A DNA stretch of 64,000 nucleotides from Eubacteriales bacterium (lineage in GTDB: Bacteria > Bacillota > Clostridia > Oscillospirales > CAG-272), in NCBI GenBank assembly GCA_045543955.1, contig JAZPYB010000028.1, positions 46,172 to 110,171 on the forward strand, in the 5' to 3' direction. The notes beneath the pieces were generated by a model. That model did not search any database and was not told the origin of the DNA. It worked only from the letters and a program-made list of their open reading frames with translations. Each line of letters begins with the position of its first letter. Position 1 is the first letter of the stretch. Shown one piece after another: positions 10,595 to 20,616 of the stretch. The position numbers were made by a program, and so were the translations under genes.

Positions 10595-11783
10595 TATCTC
10601 CTTTCGCTACGCTTATGCTATGATAATATGTGTTTATATATTTAACCGCGTTAAAGCGTACGCTTCCTTTGATTTGGAAAACCCTTTTGTCGTAATATAA
10701 ATTTAGCTTGTTGCGACCAAGTACCCCAGAGGCAGTAACCATAGAGAAAGGGACAATTTCGCGCCTGTCCTTTAATTCTATTTCAAATCTGTCAGCAAAA
10801 GCACGGAATTTTACATTTTCGCCAAGTAAAATCTTTTTCTTGCAGGGAATAACCTCGCTATAGCTTACAACATCCTCAAACAGAGGAGTGTCATAATATG
10901 GGCTTAAATCAAAAGCACGTATGAATTTAGATTGAGCATCATACCATTCGGTAATGAAATCATAAGGAAACTCGCGATTAACCCCGACGAGCTGCTTAGA
11001 TGGAGTGTACCTAACTGTCAAGCCACAGCTTTTGCAGTGCATTTTATCGCCATTGCTTTCCCATTCGCTGAGCCCACATTCCGGACAGTAGTAAATGACT
11101 CTTTCAAGATATTCAGCACTATTTTTTGAATAATATTTTAGGTCAACCACGCCCTCATTTACAAAGAGCTTATCGCAAATGAGCTTATATAATTCACTAT
11201 CGGTCATATCCTTATATTGGTCGTATTCAATAATCTCGGCAACACCAGACGACATCCTTCCACGTCTTATTTTATCACTCCAACGAGGATGAACGCCAAA
11301 GCCACCACGAATGTGATAAATAGCGATAGGCAATTTTAAGGATTTTGCAAAGGGTGCAATTGTGTCCTTTATATATTCGGTTTTACCACTATATGTGCGG
11401 TTGCCCTCAGGGAATATGGCAATAGAGCCCCCCTCCTTAGCAACACGCTTGCAATCTAAAACAGCCTTGACATCAGTTGCCCCTTTTTTAATTGGAATAG
11501 GCTTAACCAAAAAGCTAATAAGCCAAGAAACAAAGCCGTTTGAAAATAAATCATCATTTGTTACATAATAAAGGTGCTTTTTAAAGGACATACTAACAAA
11601 GAACTGGTCAAATGGAGTTTGATGGTTTGAAATAACCAAGAACTGTCTTTTGTCCTTGAATTTTTTAACCTTTATGTGATATTTGATTTTACAAAGGAGA
11701 CTAATAAATGGATATAGGGTTTTTCTTACAACAGTGTGTCTAAATTTAATCCATTTCTGCTTCTTTTTCTTCTTATTTCCCAT
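10569..11783 (-). CDS. lysophospholipid acyltransferase family protein with C-terminal zinc ribbon
   Basis: NHQTPFD (HX4D), FPEGNR, CPEC...CKSC. Confidence 0.88.
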   Translation of the reverse strand: MGNKKKKKQKWIKFRHTVVRKTLYPFISLLCKIKYHIKVKKFKDKRQFLVISNHQTPFDQFFVSMSFKKHLYYVTNDDLFSNGFVSWLISFLVKPIPIKKGATDVKAVLDCKRVAKEGGSIAIFPEGNRTYSGKTEYIKDTIAPFAKSLKLPIAIYHIRGGFGVHPRWSDKIRRGRMSSGVAEIIEYDQYKDMTDSELYKLICDKLFVNEGVVDLKYYSKNSAEYLERVIYYCPECGLSEWESNGDKMHCKSCGLTVRYTPSKQLVGVNREFPYDFITEWYDAQSKFIRAFDLSPYYDTPLFEDVVSYSEVIPCKKKILLGENVKFRAFADRFEIELKDRREIVPFSMVTASGVLGRNKLNLYYDKRVFQIKGSVRFNAVKYINTYYHSISVAKGDIENDTLGL

Positions 11784-11956
11784 AAAAAATCTTCTTTCTT
11801 AAAGAAAAAATTACATATCTATTTTACCATAAATTGGTTGACTATTCAATAAAAACAGGAAAAATACTTGACAAACTAATATAAAATTAACTGTAAATCC
11901 ATAAAAAATTAACAAAAAACGGCTAAAAGATAGACACAGTTAGCCGTTTTTTTGAT

Positions 11957-14056
11957 TTAGTCAACAATTGTAATTTCACAAGGTGCGCTTATTTTTATGC
12001 CATCCCGCTTTGATATATCAACTACTATGAATCCATATGGAGTTGGTATCTCCACGTGCGCAAAGTCAAGAGATAAAAGTGTAGGAGAAAGACGTATTTT
12101 TTTAAATCCAGCCTCTAAAATCTCAAGGTTGCAAATTGCCATAGGCAAAGAGTAAAGTGGCGTGCCGCCCCAAGCGTGTGAGTAGTCAAACTTGTAGCTT
12201 GGCTCTGGTGGGTAAAAGCCCTCAACAAGTCCTTTAGGACAAGCTTTAATTGAGTCTTTCCATAGCTCAAGCAGGGGTAGAGTATATTTATAAGAAACCG
12301 AATTTCTTAAAATCGCCTCAAGCCAAAAGTGTATAAAGTAAGGCTGCACCTCGCCTAATGATGAGTCATTATATATTTTGTCTAATAGCTTAGCACATTC
12401 GTTTTTTTCCAAAATTCCAAAGTAACAAGCTAAAATGTTTGCGTGTCTTCGGTAATACCTCTTCTTTACATTTTCTGGTAGGTACTGATATATATGTTCG
12501 CTTGGCGTATTAGTATTTAGCCCTTCAAAGAAAAGCCCCTTTTCTTTATCATAAAGATGAGATAAAATAGCATTTTTAAGCTCGTTAGCCTCGATTTTAC
12601 AGGCTTTTGAAAGCTCGGTCTTGCCAAGCACGTCATAGATTTTTTCGCCCGAATTTAAAGCGCCATATAAAAACATATTAAGGCAGCTTTGCCCTAGTGC
12701 CTTAGGTGGATGGTGGGTTGAAATTCCGTCAGGGAATAGCCAGTCGACAAACATATAGTCAGGTGGTGTTTCAACCAAGCCATTTTCTCCCATATAGCGT
12801 TTAAATCTATTAAATAGCAAGGAAAGTGCTTTTTCGCATTTGATAAGTAAATTTTTGTTACCACTTAGCATATAGCATTCATAAAGCATATTTACCCAAA
12901 TTAAACTATAAGTGGTGTGAAATAGCCTTCCATCATTTGCTTCCATTGTTTTTGCTATTCTTTCAATGTCAAACTCGCAAAGGCGCAAATCCCCATATGA
13001 AAACATCGTCATTAGCATTTCAATATAGTAGTCGCCAACACACGCAAGAGGCTCGCAGTGCTTAGGACTGTCAAGATGATGGGACTGGCGACAATATTTT
13101 AATGTGTGCGCACAAACCTCCAAAAGCTCATTCAATTCGTTGTCGCTTACGCGTGTTTTAGCTTGTATATCAATAGGGAAGAATGATGCATCAAAGCATA
13201 TTTCAACCTCACTATCACTATTTGAGTCATTAATTATTTCAATATTAAATCCACCTACACTTGAAAGCTCAAGGGAATAGTATGTGTCGTTTTCGTAAAA
13301 AATACATTCATAGGAAGCACAAGCTGTATCAAGCTCAAAGGTATTTAATTTTACAGTTAATTTGCCATTTGTCAAGGCTTTTATTTTTATGTAGCCAGCA
13401 TAAACACGGTCGTATTCTACACGTTTGGCTATCCTTTCACCGAAGCCTATTTTAAATGAGTGATTTTTGAAGGCATCAAGAGTACAGGGTGGAATAGGCG
13501 CAACCTCTGCTTGCCAAATATCATTTTTGATTTCCGCCTTTATTTTAGGCTCTTTTTTTATACTGCCGTTAAAAAAGCCATGTGCACTATATGAGCTTAA
13601 AAGCTCAATTTCCCAGCTGTCGTCGCTTGAAAAATCAACTGCTTTCCCATCTGAAAAATAAGCCACGCCAGAAAGTAAAAAACCACCACTTCCACGCGAA
13701 TACTCACATATGTGATAAGGGGAAAGACGCACCATAGCCATAAAATCAAGATAAGAGGTGCCAGGGTGAATCTCAACCTTAAAGGAATAATAGTCATTCC
13801 TTGGTGTATCATTATCTAGAAAATCTCCACCTGAGTATGCAGGGCCACGCGCAATATCTTGTCCGTTAAGGGTTAAAAGAAAGGCAGTGTCAGCGCTAAA
13901 GGTAAGAGTAACACTAGTTGGTACATCACTAAAGCTATATTTTCTTGTCAGACGGCAAACCGTATATTTCCCTTGTCTAAAAGAGCCTAGAGGATTATAA
14001 AAGGTCTTTTGGTTTTCGGGATATTTTTCGCTTGGTAGCCAAATCCATTTTGACAT
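11957..14056 (-). CDS. GH78-like alpha-L-rhamnosidase
   Basis: DSPKHCE..CVGD, FVDW, L.EG and SHAWGG motifs; AAGGAGG RBS favours ATG at 14056. Confidence 0.75.
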   Translation of the reverse strand: MSKWIWLPSEKYPENQKTFYNPLGSFRQGKYTVCRLTRKYSFSDVPTSVTLTFSADTAFLLTLNGQDIARGPAYSGGDFLDNDTPRNDYYSFKVEIHPGTSYLDFMAMVRLSPYHICEYSRGSGGFLLSGVAYFSDGKAVDFSSDDSWEIELLSSYSAHGFFNGSIKKEPKIKAEIKNDIWQAEVAPIPPCTLDAFKNHSFKIGFGERIAKRVEYDRVYAGYIKIKALTNGKLTVKLNTFELDTACASYECIFYENDTYYSLELSSVGGFNIEIINDSNSDSEVEICFDASFFPIDIQAKTRVSDNELNELLEVCAHTLKYCRQSHHLDSPKHCEPLACVGDYYIEMLMTMFSYGDLRLCEFDIERIAKTMEANDGRLFHTTYSLIWVNMLYECYMLSGNKNLLIKCEKALSLLFNRFKRYMGENGLVETPPDYMFVDWLFPDGISTHHPPKALGQSCLNMFLYGALNSGEKIYDVLGKTELSKACKIEANELKNAILSHLYDKEKGLFFEGLNTNTPSEHIYQYLPENVKKRYYRRHANILACYFGILEKNECAKLLDKIYNDSSLGEVQPYFIHFWLEAILRNSVSYKYTLPLLELWKDSIKACPKGLVEGFYPPEPSYKFDYSHAWGGTPLYSLPMAICNLEILEAGFKKIRLSPTLLSLDFAHVEIPTPYGFIVVDISKRDGIKISAPCEITIVD

Positions 14057-14119
14057 ATAGACACCTCCTTTTTTACAATTATACCACATATAAAAATTTT
14101 CTTCAACAAGCTTTATAAT

Positions 14120-14965
14120 TTATTCGCCATCTCCTAAAACAAAGCCTTCTCCAAGCACAAGTCTAGCATCTGAAATAATTATAAAAGCACTGGGGTCAAT
14201 CTCTTTTACCTTTTTTGCAAGTCTTGGCGCTTCCTTTGGAGAAACTACGCAAAGTAGCATAAGTCGCTGGGTGCGTGAATATCCACCCTGTGTATAAATT
14301 TCAGTAACACCGCGCTCAAACTCACAAAGAATTAGTTCTTTAATTTCTTCATTTTTCTTTGAGGTAATATAAATTGATTTTGATGCTTTGCCAACATCAA
14401 TAACCCTATCACTAACCATTGATGAGATAAACATACAAAGGGCGGAATAAAAGGAAATTATAAAGTCGCCAAAGCAAATGCCGGCAATCGAAATTATTAT
14501 CAAATCAATTATTAAAATATTAGTAGCGACTGAGATGTGTGGTAGCCTCTTTCTTATCATAAGACCCAAAAAGTCAGAGCCACCACTAGAGCCGCCTACC
14601 CGTATAACTAAGCCAACCCCAAATCCAACTAAAACGCCGCCGGAAATTGTTGCGACAATAATATCAAGCTCTGGTGTGGGGATATAGCTTGTGAGCTCCA
14701 AAAATAAGGAAAGAAAAAGCATACCAAATGCTGTTTTAATAACCGAGCCACGCCCCAAAACCTTAAAGCCAACAATAAAAAGCAAAAGATTTAAAACAAG
14801 GTTGGTTACTGATAGAGGAATATTAAAAAAATAGAGAAGCACCGTGCCGATTGTACCAATTCCACCGGCAGAGAGCTTAATAGGCACTAAAAATATGTTA
14901 AGCCCAACAGCTAAAATTAAAGCACCAACTAAAATCAATGAATAATCCTTAATTCTCTTTTTCAT
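14120..14965 (-). CDS. YitT family membrane protein
   Basis: L.AGG..., GGSSGGSD, RGVT..GGYS and IDPSAF motifs. Confidence 0.9.
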   Translation of the reverse strand: MKKRIKDYSLILVGALILAVGLNIFLVPIKLSAGGIGTIGTVLLYFFNIPLSVTNLVLNLLLFIVGFKVLGRGSVIKTAFGMLFLSLFLELTSYIPTPELDIIVATISGGVLVGFGVGLVIRVGGSSGGSDFLGLMIRKRLPHISVATNILIIDLIIISIAGICFGDFIISFYSALCMFISSMVSDRVIDVGKASKSIYITSKKNEEIKELILCEFERGVTEIYTQGGYSRTQRLMLLCVVSPKEAPRLAKKVKEIDPSAFIIISDARLVLGEGFVLGDGE

Positions 14966-15103
14966 ATCACGTCTCCTTTCCCATGTTCAACATTTATTAT
15001 ATCACAAAAAAATATAAAAACAATAAATATTATTGAAGATAAGGTATGGACTTGGCAAGGTCAATGTGTTAAAATATAATAAAGAAGAAAGGAAGGCAAT
15101 AAT

Positions 15104-16852
15104 ATGGATTTTAAAATATTAGGCAAAGATTTTGTAATTAACGGAGAAAAAACAAAAATCATCTCAGGTGCAGTTCATTATTTCAGAAATATGAAGGGCA
15201 CATGGCGCGACATTTTTAAGAAAATGAAGGCTATGGGACTAAACTGTGTTGAAACCTATTGTGCTTGGAATATGCACGAGAAGAAAATAGGCGAGTTTGA
15301 TTTTTCAGGCAATTTGGATATAAGAGAATTTGTAAAAATCGCAGATGAGGAAGGACTGATGGTTATTGTCCGCCCAGGTCCATATATTTGCGCTGAATGG
15401 GAGTTCGGTGGGCTTCCTTGGTGGCTACAAACAATGGATGATATGGAGATAAGATGCTCAAACCCAATATATATGAAGCACTTTGAAGCTTATCTTTCAG
15501 CTATGTTTGACCAAATACGTGACCTTCTCTTTACAAACGGTGGTCCTATTATTATGCTCCAGTGTGAAAATGAATATGGCTACTACGGAGACGATAAGGA
15601 ATACCTAAAAAGCCTATACGAGATATATAGAAAGCACGGAATTGATGTTCCACTCTTCACTTCAGATGGTACAAGCGAGGCAAACTTGCTTGATGGAACA
15701 ATTAAGGATTGCTTGCCAACCTTAAACTTCGGTTCTCGCGTTGAAGATAACTTTAGAGCTCACGATAAGCTTTTCCCAGACTCTCCTAAAATGTGTATGG
15801 AGATGTGGAATGGTTGGTTTGATGCATGGGGCGACGGCTTCCATCACACCACAAGCGCAGAAAACTACGCATCTGTGGTTGATGATATGCTAAACAAGGG
15901 TAGCTTGAATATGTATATGTTTATCGGTGGCACCAACTTCGGCTTTACAAGTGGCGCAAACCACTACGAGAAGTTTACTCCCGATGTTACAAGCTATGAC
16001 TATGACGCTATGCTCACTGAATGCGGAGATATAACTCCTAAATACCTTATGGTGCGCGATGTTATTAAAAAGCACATAAACAAGGAATTGCCTGAGGTGC
16101 CAAAGAACAGAGAAAAAAGAGCATATGGCAAATGCACCTTGAGTGAGAGGGCTGGCTTCTTTGATAATCTTGATAAGCTTTCAAGCCCTATTTTCTCAAA
16201 TGTTCCAAAGTGTATGGAGTATTATGGACAGGGCTACGGCTATATCGCTTATACAACCAAATTAAATCGTGATTACATAAACACAACTATTACCTTTGCC
16301 GAGCTTGGAGACCGTGCGCAAATTTATGTAAACGATACCTTAAATGGTATTGTATATGTAAATGATGACGAGCTAAAAGCAACAATAAATGCTAAGGCGG
16401 GCGACACATTGACTATTCTTGTTGAGAATATGGGCAGAGCTAACTTTGGTCCTAAAATGATGCGCAAAAAGGGAATACCGGGCAGACTTTTGCTAGGTAA
16501 TAATATAATTCATTTTAATTGGAATGTGTACCCGTTGCCAATGGACAATCTAGAAAAGATTGAGTGGGGTAAGGAGTTTAATGAGCCTTCATGCTTCTTA
16601 AAGGGCACATTCAATGTCGATAAGGTAGCCGATACCTTTATTTATCTTGACAATTTCAAAAAGGGCTTTGTTGTAATCAACGGATTTAACCTTGGTAGAT
16701 ATTGGGAGATAGGTCCACAGGTTAGCCTTTATGTTCCGGCATCAATTTTACACGAGGGCAAAAACGAAATTATAGTTTTTGAGTCCGACGGATTAAAGGG
16801 AGATGCAACAGTAGAATTTAAAGACTATCCAACACTAAGCAAAAGCGAATAA
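15104..16852 (+). CDS. GH35 beta-galactosidase
   Basis: SGAVHYFR, RPGPYICAEWEFGG, QCENEYG, EMWNGWF, GGTNFG, TSYDYDA. Confidence 0.95.
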   Translation: MDFKILGKDFVINGEKTKIISGAVHYFRNMKGTWRDIFKKMKAMGLNCVETYCAWNMHEKKIGEFDFSGNLDIREFVKIADEEGLMVIVRPGPYICAEWEFGGLPWWLQTMDDMEIRCSNPIYMKHFEAYLSAMFDQIRDLLFTNGGPIIMLQCENEYGYYGDDKEYLKSLYEIYRKHGIDVPLFTSDGTSEANLLDGTIKDCLPTLNFGSRVEDNFRAHDKLFPDSPKMCMEMWNGWFDAWGDGFHHTTSAENYASVVDDMLNKGSLNMYMFIGGTNFGFTSGANHYEKFTPDVTSYDYDAMLTECGDITPKYLMVRDVIKKHINKELPEVPKNREKRAYGKCTLSERAGFFDNLDKLSSPIFSNVPKCMEYYGQGYGYIAYTTKLNRDYINTTITFAELGDRAQIYVNDTLNGIVYVNDDELKATINAKAGDTLTILVENMGRANFGPKMMRKKGIPGRLLLGNNIIHFNWNVYPLPMDNLEKIEWGKEFNEPSCFLKGTFNVDKVADTFIYLDNFKKGFVVINGFNLGRYWEIGPQVSLYVPASILHEGKNEIIVFESDGLKGDATVEFKDYPTLSKSE

Positions 16853-16881
16853 AAAGCAAAGAGCAGACAAGTGTCTGCTCT

Positions 16882-17172
16882 TTATTCTTTAATACAAATT
16901 TTGCAAGGTGTATATTCACGCTCTAAAATAAAATCAATGTCCCTTGTTTCGACCTTGTTTTCCTCTTTGATTCTGTCCGCCATATAACAGCTTGATAAAT
17001 GATATGAATACGATGAAATATTCACAATATATAAGGTGTCGCCTAAAATTTCGCTCTCGGTATCCACCTTTTCCTTCTCGTCAATTTCGTAATAGCTTTT
17101 GGCACAGGAGATAAAAAGGCAAGAGAGAAGTATAGTAAGTATAAATAAACTAAAAGCTTTCATAAAAACCAT
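16882..17172 (-). CDS. small lipoprotein with C-terminal Ada-like metal-binding motif
   Basis: Signal peptide with lipobox FISC; YH..SC...YTPCKIC. Confidence 0.65.
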   Translation of the reverse strand: MVFMKAFSLFILTILLSCLFISCAKSYYEIDEKEKVDTESEILGDTLYIVNISSYSYHLSSCYMADRIKEENKVETRDIDFILEREYTPCKICIKE

Positions 17173-17504
17173 CCATTAGTTATTTGCAAACGCGCTTGGG
17201 CAAAGACCGTTATTTATAAAATCATCATTGCAAATTACACAACAAATCCTTGCCTAAAACAAAATTGATTATAATATAACATAAAAACAATTAAATTTCA
17301 ACTGCATTTTTGACTGAATATAATAAAAGTGTTTTCGGAGAAGCATTGAAACAGAGGAAGGGACCGTCTGCGAACTGTGCTATTGGAACGTTGAGAAACG
17401 TGTGGGAGGAGCTTGCTGCTTTGCCACCAGTATTCAAACAGGGAGGTGGGATTTGAGTTGCCCACTAAAGTGTTGGAAGAAAGAGCGTTTAGCCTTTCCT
17501 TTTT

Positions 17505-17801
17505 ACCTCCGGGTTATCGCTTCACGCCACTCCTGTCGCATAGAAAAGTCAGTGCGAACATATCCCGCCTTGTAGTGACCGAATTTTGTTCGCTTTCGCA
17601 ATGCTCGGCGCAAAATTCGACTACTGCGGAACTCACACCCTACCTGCATCTGCCACTGGCAGCGGTAGGGCACGAGCCCCAACGAGCCACGCTCGTCGGA
17701 CTATAACAAAAAATCGCGAGAGTCAAACCCCGAGCACTCATACTAAAAGCAAAAGAAAAAACACACCTCCGACGGGTGTGTTTTTCTTTTGTTTGGGTGT
17801 G
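17505..17801. repeat. ~297-bp tRNA-fMet-derived palindromic repeat, copy 1
   Basis: About 94% identical by hand alignment to 19101-19398; tRNA fragments at both ends, internal hairpins and a terminator-like stem. Confidence 0.92.
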
Positions 17802-17823
17802 GAGGCGGGATGTAAGTTGAACC
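17793..17823. mobile_element. attL-like junction of an older element remnant
   Basis: ttgggtgtg-gaggcgggat-gtaag-ttgaacc equals the tRNA-fMet 3' end (27956-27981) with one mismatch and a 5-bp insertion. Confidence 0.7.
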
Positions 17824-17824
17824 A

Positions 17825-18265
17825 TTATATCTGTTTGTCAGAATATATTTTCTGTAATATTAAGTTTGCATTTTGTTTGTACTCCAATATATCGATAAAT
17901 CCAACTAGTTTTTCCTCTGCATATTTAATAACTATCTTTAGATTATTTCGCTTTATTTCTTTTTCTGTTAAACTATCTTTTTTATCATTTATAATGAATT
18001 CTTTTAAATCTTTTATATTTATTTTAATTATTGACTTCTCGTTTATTCCACTATATTTAAAAAAATTGTTCACTTTAAAAATATAAATGGTTTCTTGATA
18101 AATTGACAAATAAAATCTGTTTTTTTCTTCTACAATTGAAGATGCTAAACTCCCAAAAAATCCACTCCATTTGCAATTTTTTATAAACGATACAACTAAA
18201 TTGAGATTCTCAGCCATTTTGTTTTCCACTAAGTCGTTTCTTAATTTTTCGTCAATTATATTCAT
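17825..18265 (-). CDS. hypothetical protein (AT-rich cargo)
   Basis: 146-aa ORF with AAGGA RBS; no recognisable motif. Confidence 0.65.
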   Translation of the reverse strand: MNIIDEKLRNDLVENKMAENLNLVVSFIKNCKWSGFFGSLASSIVEEKNRFYLSIYQETIYIFKVNNFFKYSGINEKSIIKINIKDLKEFIINDKKDSLTEKEIKRNNLKIVIKYAEEKLVGFIDILEYKQNANLILQKIYSDKQI

Positions 18266-18424
18266 TTATGTTACCAAATCCTTTTTAATATAAAATTTGT
18301 TAGATTATTGTTTTGTTATGAATTTGAAGTTTTATATTATTATATCAACTAATTGTAAAGAAGTCAACAATAATGTATAAATATGAAACCAAAAAACACA
18401 TAATCCAAGTGTTAAAAATAAACA

Positions 18425-18453
18425 TTGACAATATCCCCAAATAGCTATATAAT
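18425..18453 (+). promoter_or_regulatory. sigma-A promoter of TPR gene
   Basis: TTGACA-N17-TATAAT. Confidence 0.7.
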
Positions 18454-18481
18454 ATACTTAATACTTAAAAGGAGATTAAAT

Positions 18482-19030
18482 ATGAATGAAAAAGTAGTTT
18501 CATCTAATTTAGGCGGAGAAGGATATTATTTTGAAAATTTTTCAGAATTTGCTTTGTATGTCAAAGTAAACAAACCTAAAACAGAAGTCGTTTTTTTATC
18601 TGGTGATAATTATAAAGATATGCTTTTATACGGAATTGAACTTTTTGAACAAAAAAAATTTGAAAAAGCAATCGAGATTTTAAAGGAATGTTTAAAGCTA
18701 AATCCAGTAGGGTTGAGCGCTCGTTTTGAATTATCTGAGTGTTATATTTGTATTAATCAATTTGATTTGGCGAAAAGAACGCTCTTGGATATGAAAGAAT
18801 ATTTAGAATTAAATACTCATAAAGCACGATTTTATCGCAGATTAGGATACATTGCAACGGAAGAAAAAGATTATAAAATAGCTTATTGTTGTTATAAGTA
18901 TAGTTTAAATTACGAAAACCATTATACAGTTCTTCAAGAATTAAAGTACATAAAATCAATCAGCAATTCAAATTTTTTATTTGTACCTATAAAAAGCACT
19001 TTGAAAAACAAATCAATACCGTTATTATGA
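18482..19030 (+). CDS. tetratricopeptide repeat protein
   Basis: TPR pattern (G..LF..KKFEKA...LK.CLKLNP; Y.RLG.IA....DY..A..CY..SL); AAGGAG RBS before ATG 18482. Confidence 0.8.
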   Translation: MNEKVVSSNLGGEGYYFENFSEFALYVKVNKPKTEVVFLSGDNYKDMLLYGIELFEQKKFEKAIEILKECLKLNPVGLSARFELSECYICINQFDLAKRTLLDMKEYLELNTHKARFYRRLGYIATEEKDYKIAYCCYKYSLNYENHYTVLQELKYIKSISNSNFLFVPIKSTLKNKSIPLL

Positions 19031-19100
19031 AAAACATTATAGAAATTTATTGGTGTTGTTTGAACATGCAAGGATAATCGTTTCCGACTGTCTGTTAGAG

Positions 19101-19398
19101 ACCTCACGGGTTATCGCTTCGCATCACTCCTGTCGCATAGAAAAGTCAGCGCGAACATATCCCACCTTGTAGTGACCGAATTTTGTTCGCTTTCACAATG
19201 CTCGGCACAAAATTCGACTACTGCGGAGCTCGCACCCTACCTGCATCTGCCGCTGGCAGCGGCAGGGCACGAGCCCCAACGAGCTACACTCGTCGAACTA
19301 TAACAAAAAATCGCGAGAGTTAAACCCCGAGCACCCATACTAAAAGCAAAAGAAAAAACACACCTCCGAAGGGTGTGTTTTTCTTTTGTTTGGGTGCG
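19101..19398. repeat. ~298-bp tRNA-fMet-derived palindromic repeat, copy 2
   Basis: Direct repeat of 17505-17801. Confidence 0.92.
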
Positions 19399-19440
19399 TG
19401 TGTGGTATCTAATTTGAACCACATATGTTTCTTGTTGCTT

Positions 19441-20103
19441 TTAAGTTAACAGATATTTTATCAATTCTTCTATACCGAAAATTATTAGTCCTGAGACAAT
19501 GGCACTCAATATACCGAGAAAGAAACTTTCTTTTTGAAAGTTAAAAGTTTTTGTTGAATTATCATTTCCAACATTACTCATTGAAGCTTCACCATTTTCA
19601 ACTTTTTGTACGTTTCCACCAAAAATGTTATCTCCATTATGAATGGTAGACGGTACATCCTTTTTTTCTTGTTCCTCTGCTTCTGTATATAATTCTTCAA
19701 GTTTCAAACGAATATAGTTGATTAAAGGAAGAACTGAGGTTCTTAATAACTTTTGAATAGAAGCATTAAAATTTTTTTCTGCCCAATAAATTGAATAAGC
19801 ATATGTACCTAATTCTTTATTACTTTCAACCATAAAAGCAAGATGTTTATATAGAATTGCTTTATCCTTGATTTCATCTGCGTCGCTATTTATAGGTCAA
19901 CGATAATTTCCTTCATACAAATCAGGAGCTTCAAGTGCAGCTTGCTTTATTGGTGAAATAATTGAATTTACAAGAGCATTGGTATCTATAAATGTTTTGT
20001 ATGCCAATAGTGTGTTTTCTCTCGTGTCATATTTAGTGTTCATAACGGCACTTGCCAAATCGGTGTGTTTCATTATCACTTTTTTTATTTCAGTTGTTTT
20101 CAT
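19441..20103 (-). pseudogene. 220-codon gene with C-terminal TM helix, interrupted by one in-frame TGA (19897-19899)
   Basis: ORFs 19897-20127 and 19441-19833 share a frame and read ...EGNYR*PINSDADEIKDKAILYKHLAFMVES...; ATGA overlap with the upstream gene. Confidence 0.75.
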
Positions 20104-20555
20104 ATAATATCTCCACAGAAAGGACAATATATTACGATTGACCCAAAGCTTGTTTTAAAGGTTTCGTTACACTTTTTACAAAAATGTTTTGTTTCTACAT
20201 TGGGATGCAAACCATACATTTTAGGTTTTAAATTAGTCCCCTTACTTTTATATTTAATTAGACCTTTTGATTTTTTAGCAACATTTTTCAATTCTTTGTC
20301 TAAATAATCATTGGCGAGATAACTTCTCATATCTGAAATGTATTCGATACACTCTGTTGTATAAAAATTTTGAATACTTGATTGCATATTACAAATAGGA
20401 CAAAATAGGCTGTCATTTTCCTTTTCGCCCTGAAATAAGTTTTTATCTAATCTAAAAACAGCTTTGCATATAGGGCACTCGTATTCAATATAGCCTTCAT
20501 TATCACTTGGTAGTTCGAATGAAAAATCTAATTTTTTTGACATTATTTCCTCCAT
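20100..20555 (-). CDS. double zinc-ribbon protein
   Basis: CPIC, CPIC, CKKC and CPFC motifs. Confidence 0.8.
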   Translation of the reverse strand: MEEIMSKKLDFSFELPSDNEGYIEYECPICKAVFRLDKNLFQGEKENDSLFCPICNMQSSIQNFYTTECIEYISDMRSYLANDYLDKELKNVAKKSKGLIKYKSKGTNLKPKMYGLHPNVETKHFCKKCNETFKTSFGSIVIYCPFCGDII

Positions 20556-20616
20556 ATGATGAATTTATTGAATTATAAAATTAGTAGTAGAAGCAGTAGC
20601 AAGGAATAAACACTTA

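Noticed and set aside
17505-19420. CRISPR array or classical integron
   Set aside because: Only two ~300-bp units, no short repeat-spacer periodicity, no cas genes, no tyrosine integrase or attC core motifs
17413-19422. ORFs 17413-17706, 17586-18086, 17640-17825 and 19237-19422 as genes
   Set aside because: They run through the palindromic repeat or antisense to a better ORF and lack RBSs; the similarity of two of them only reflects the DNA repeat
19897-19899. Selenocysteine codon
   Set aside because: No redox or Cys-motif context and no evident SECIS hairpin in the AT-rich downstream sequence
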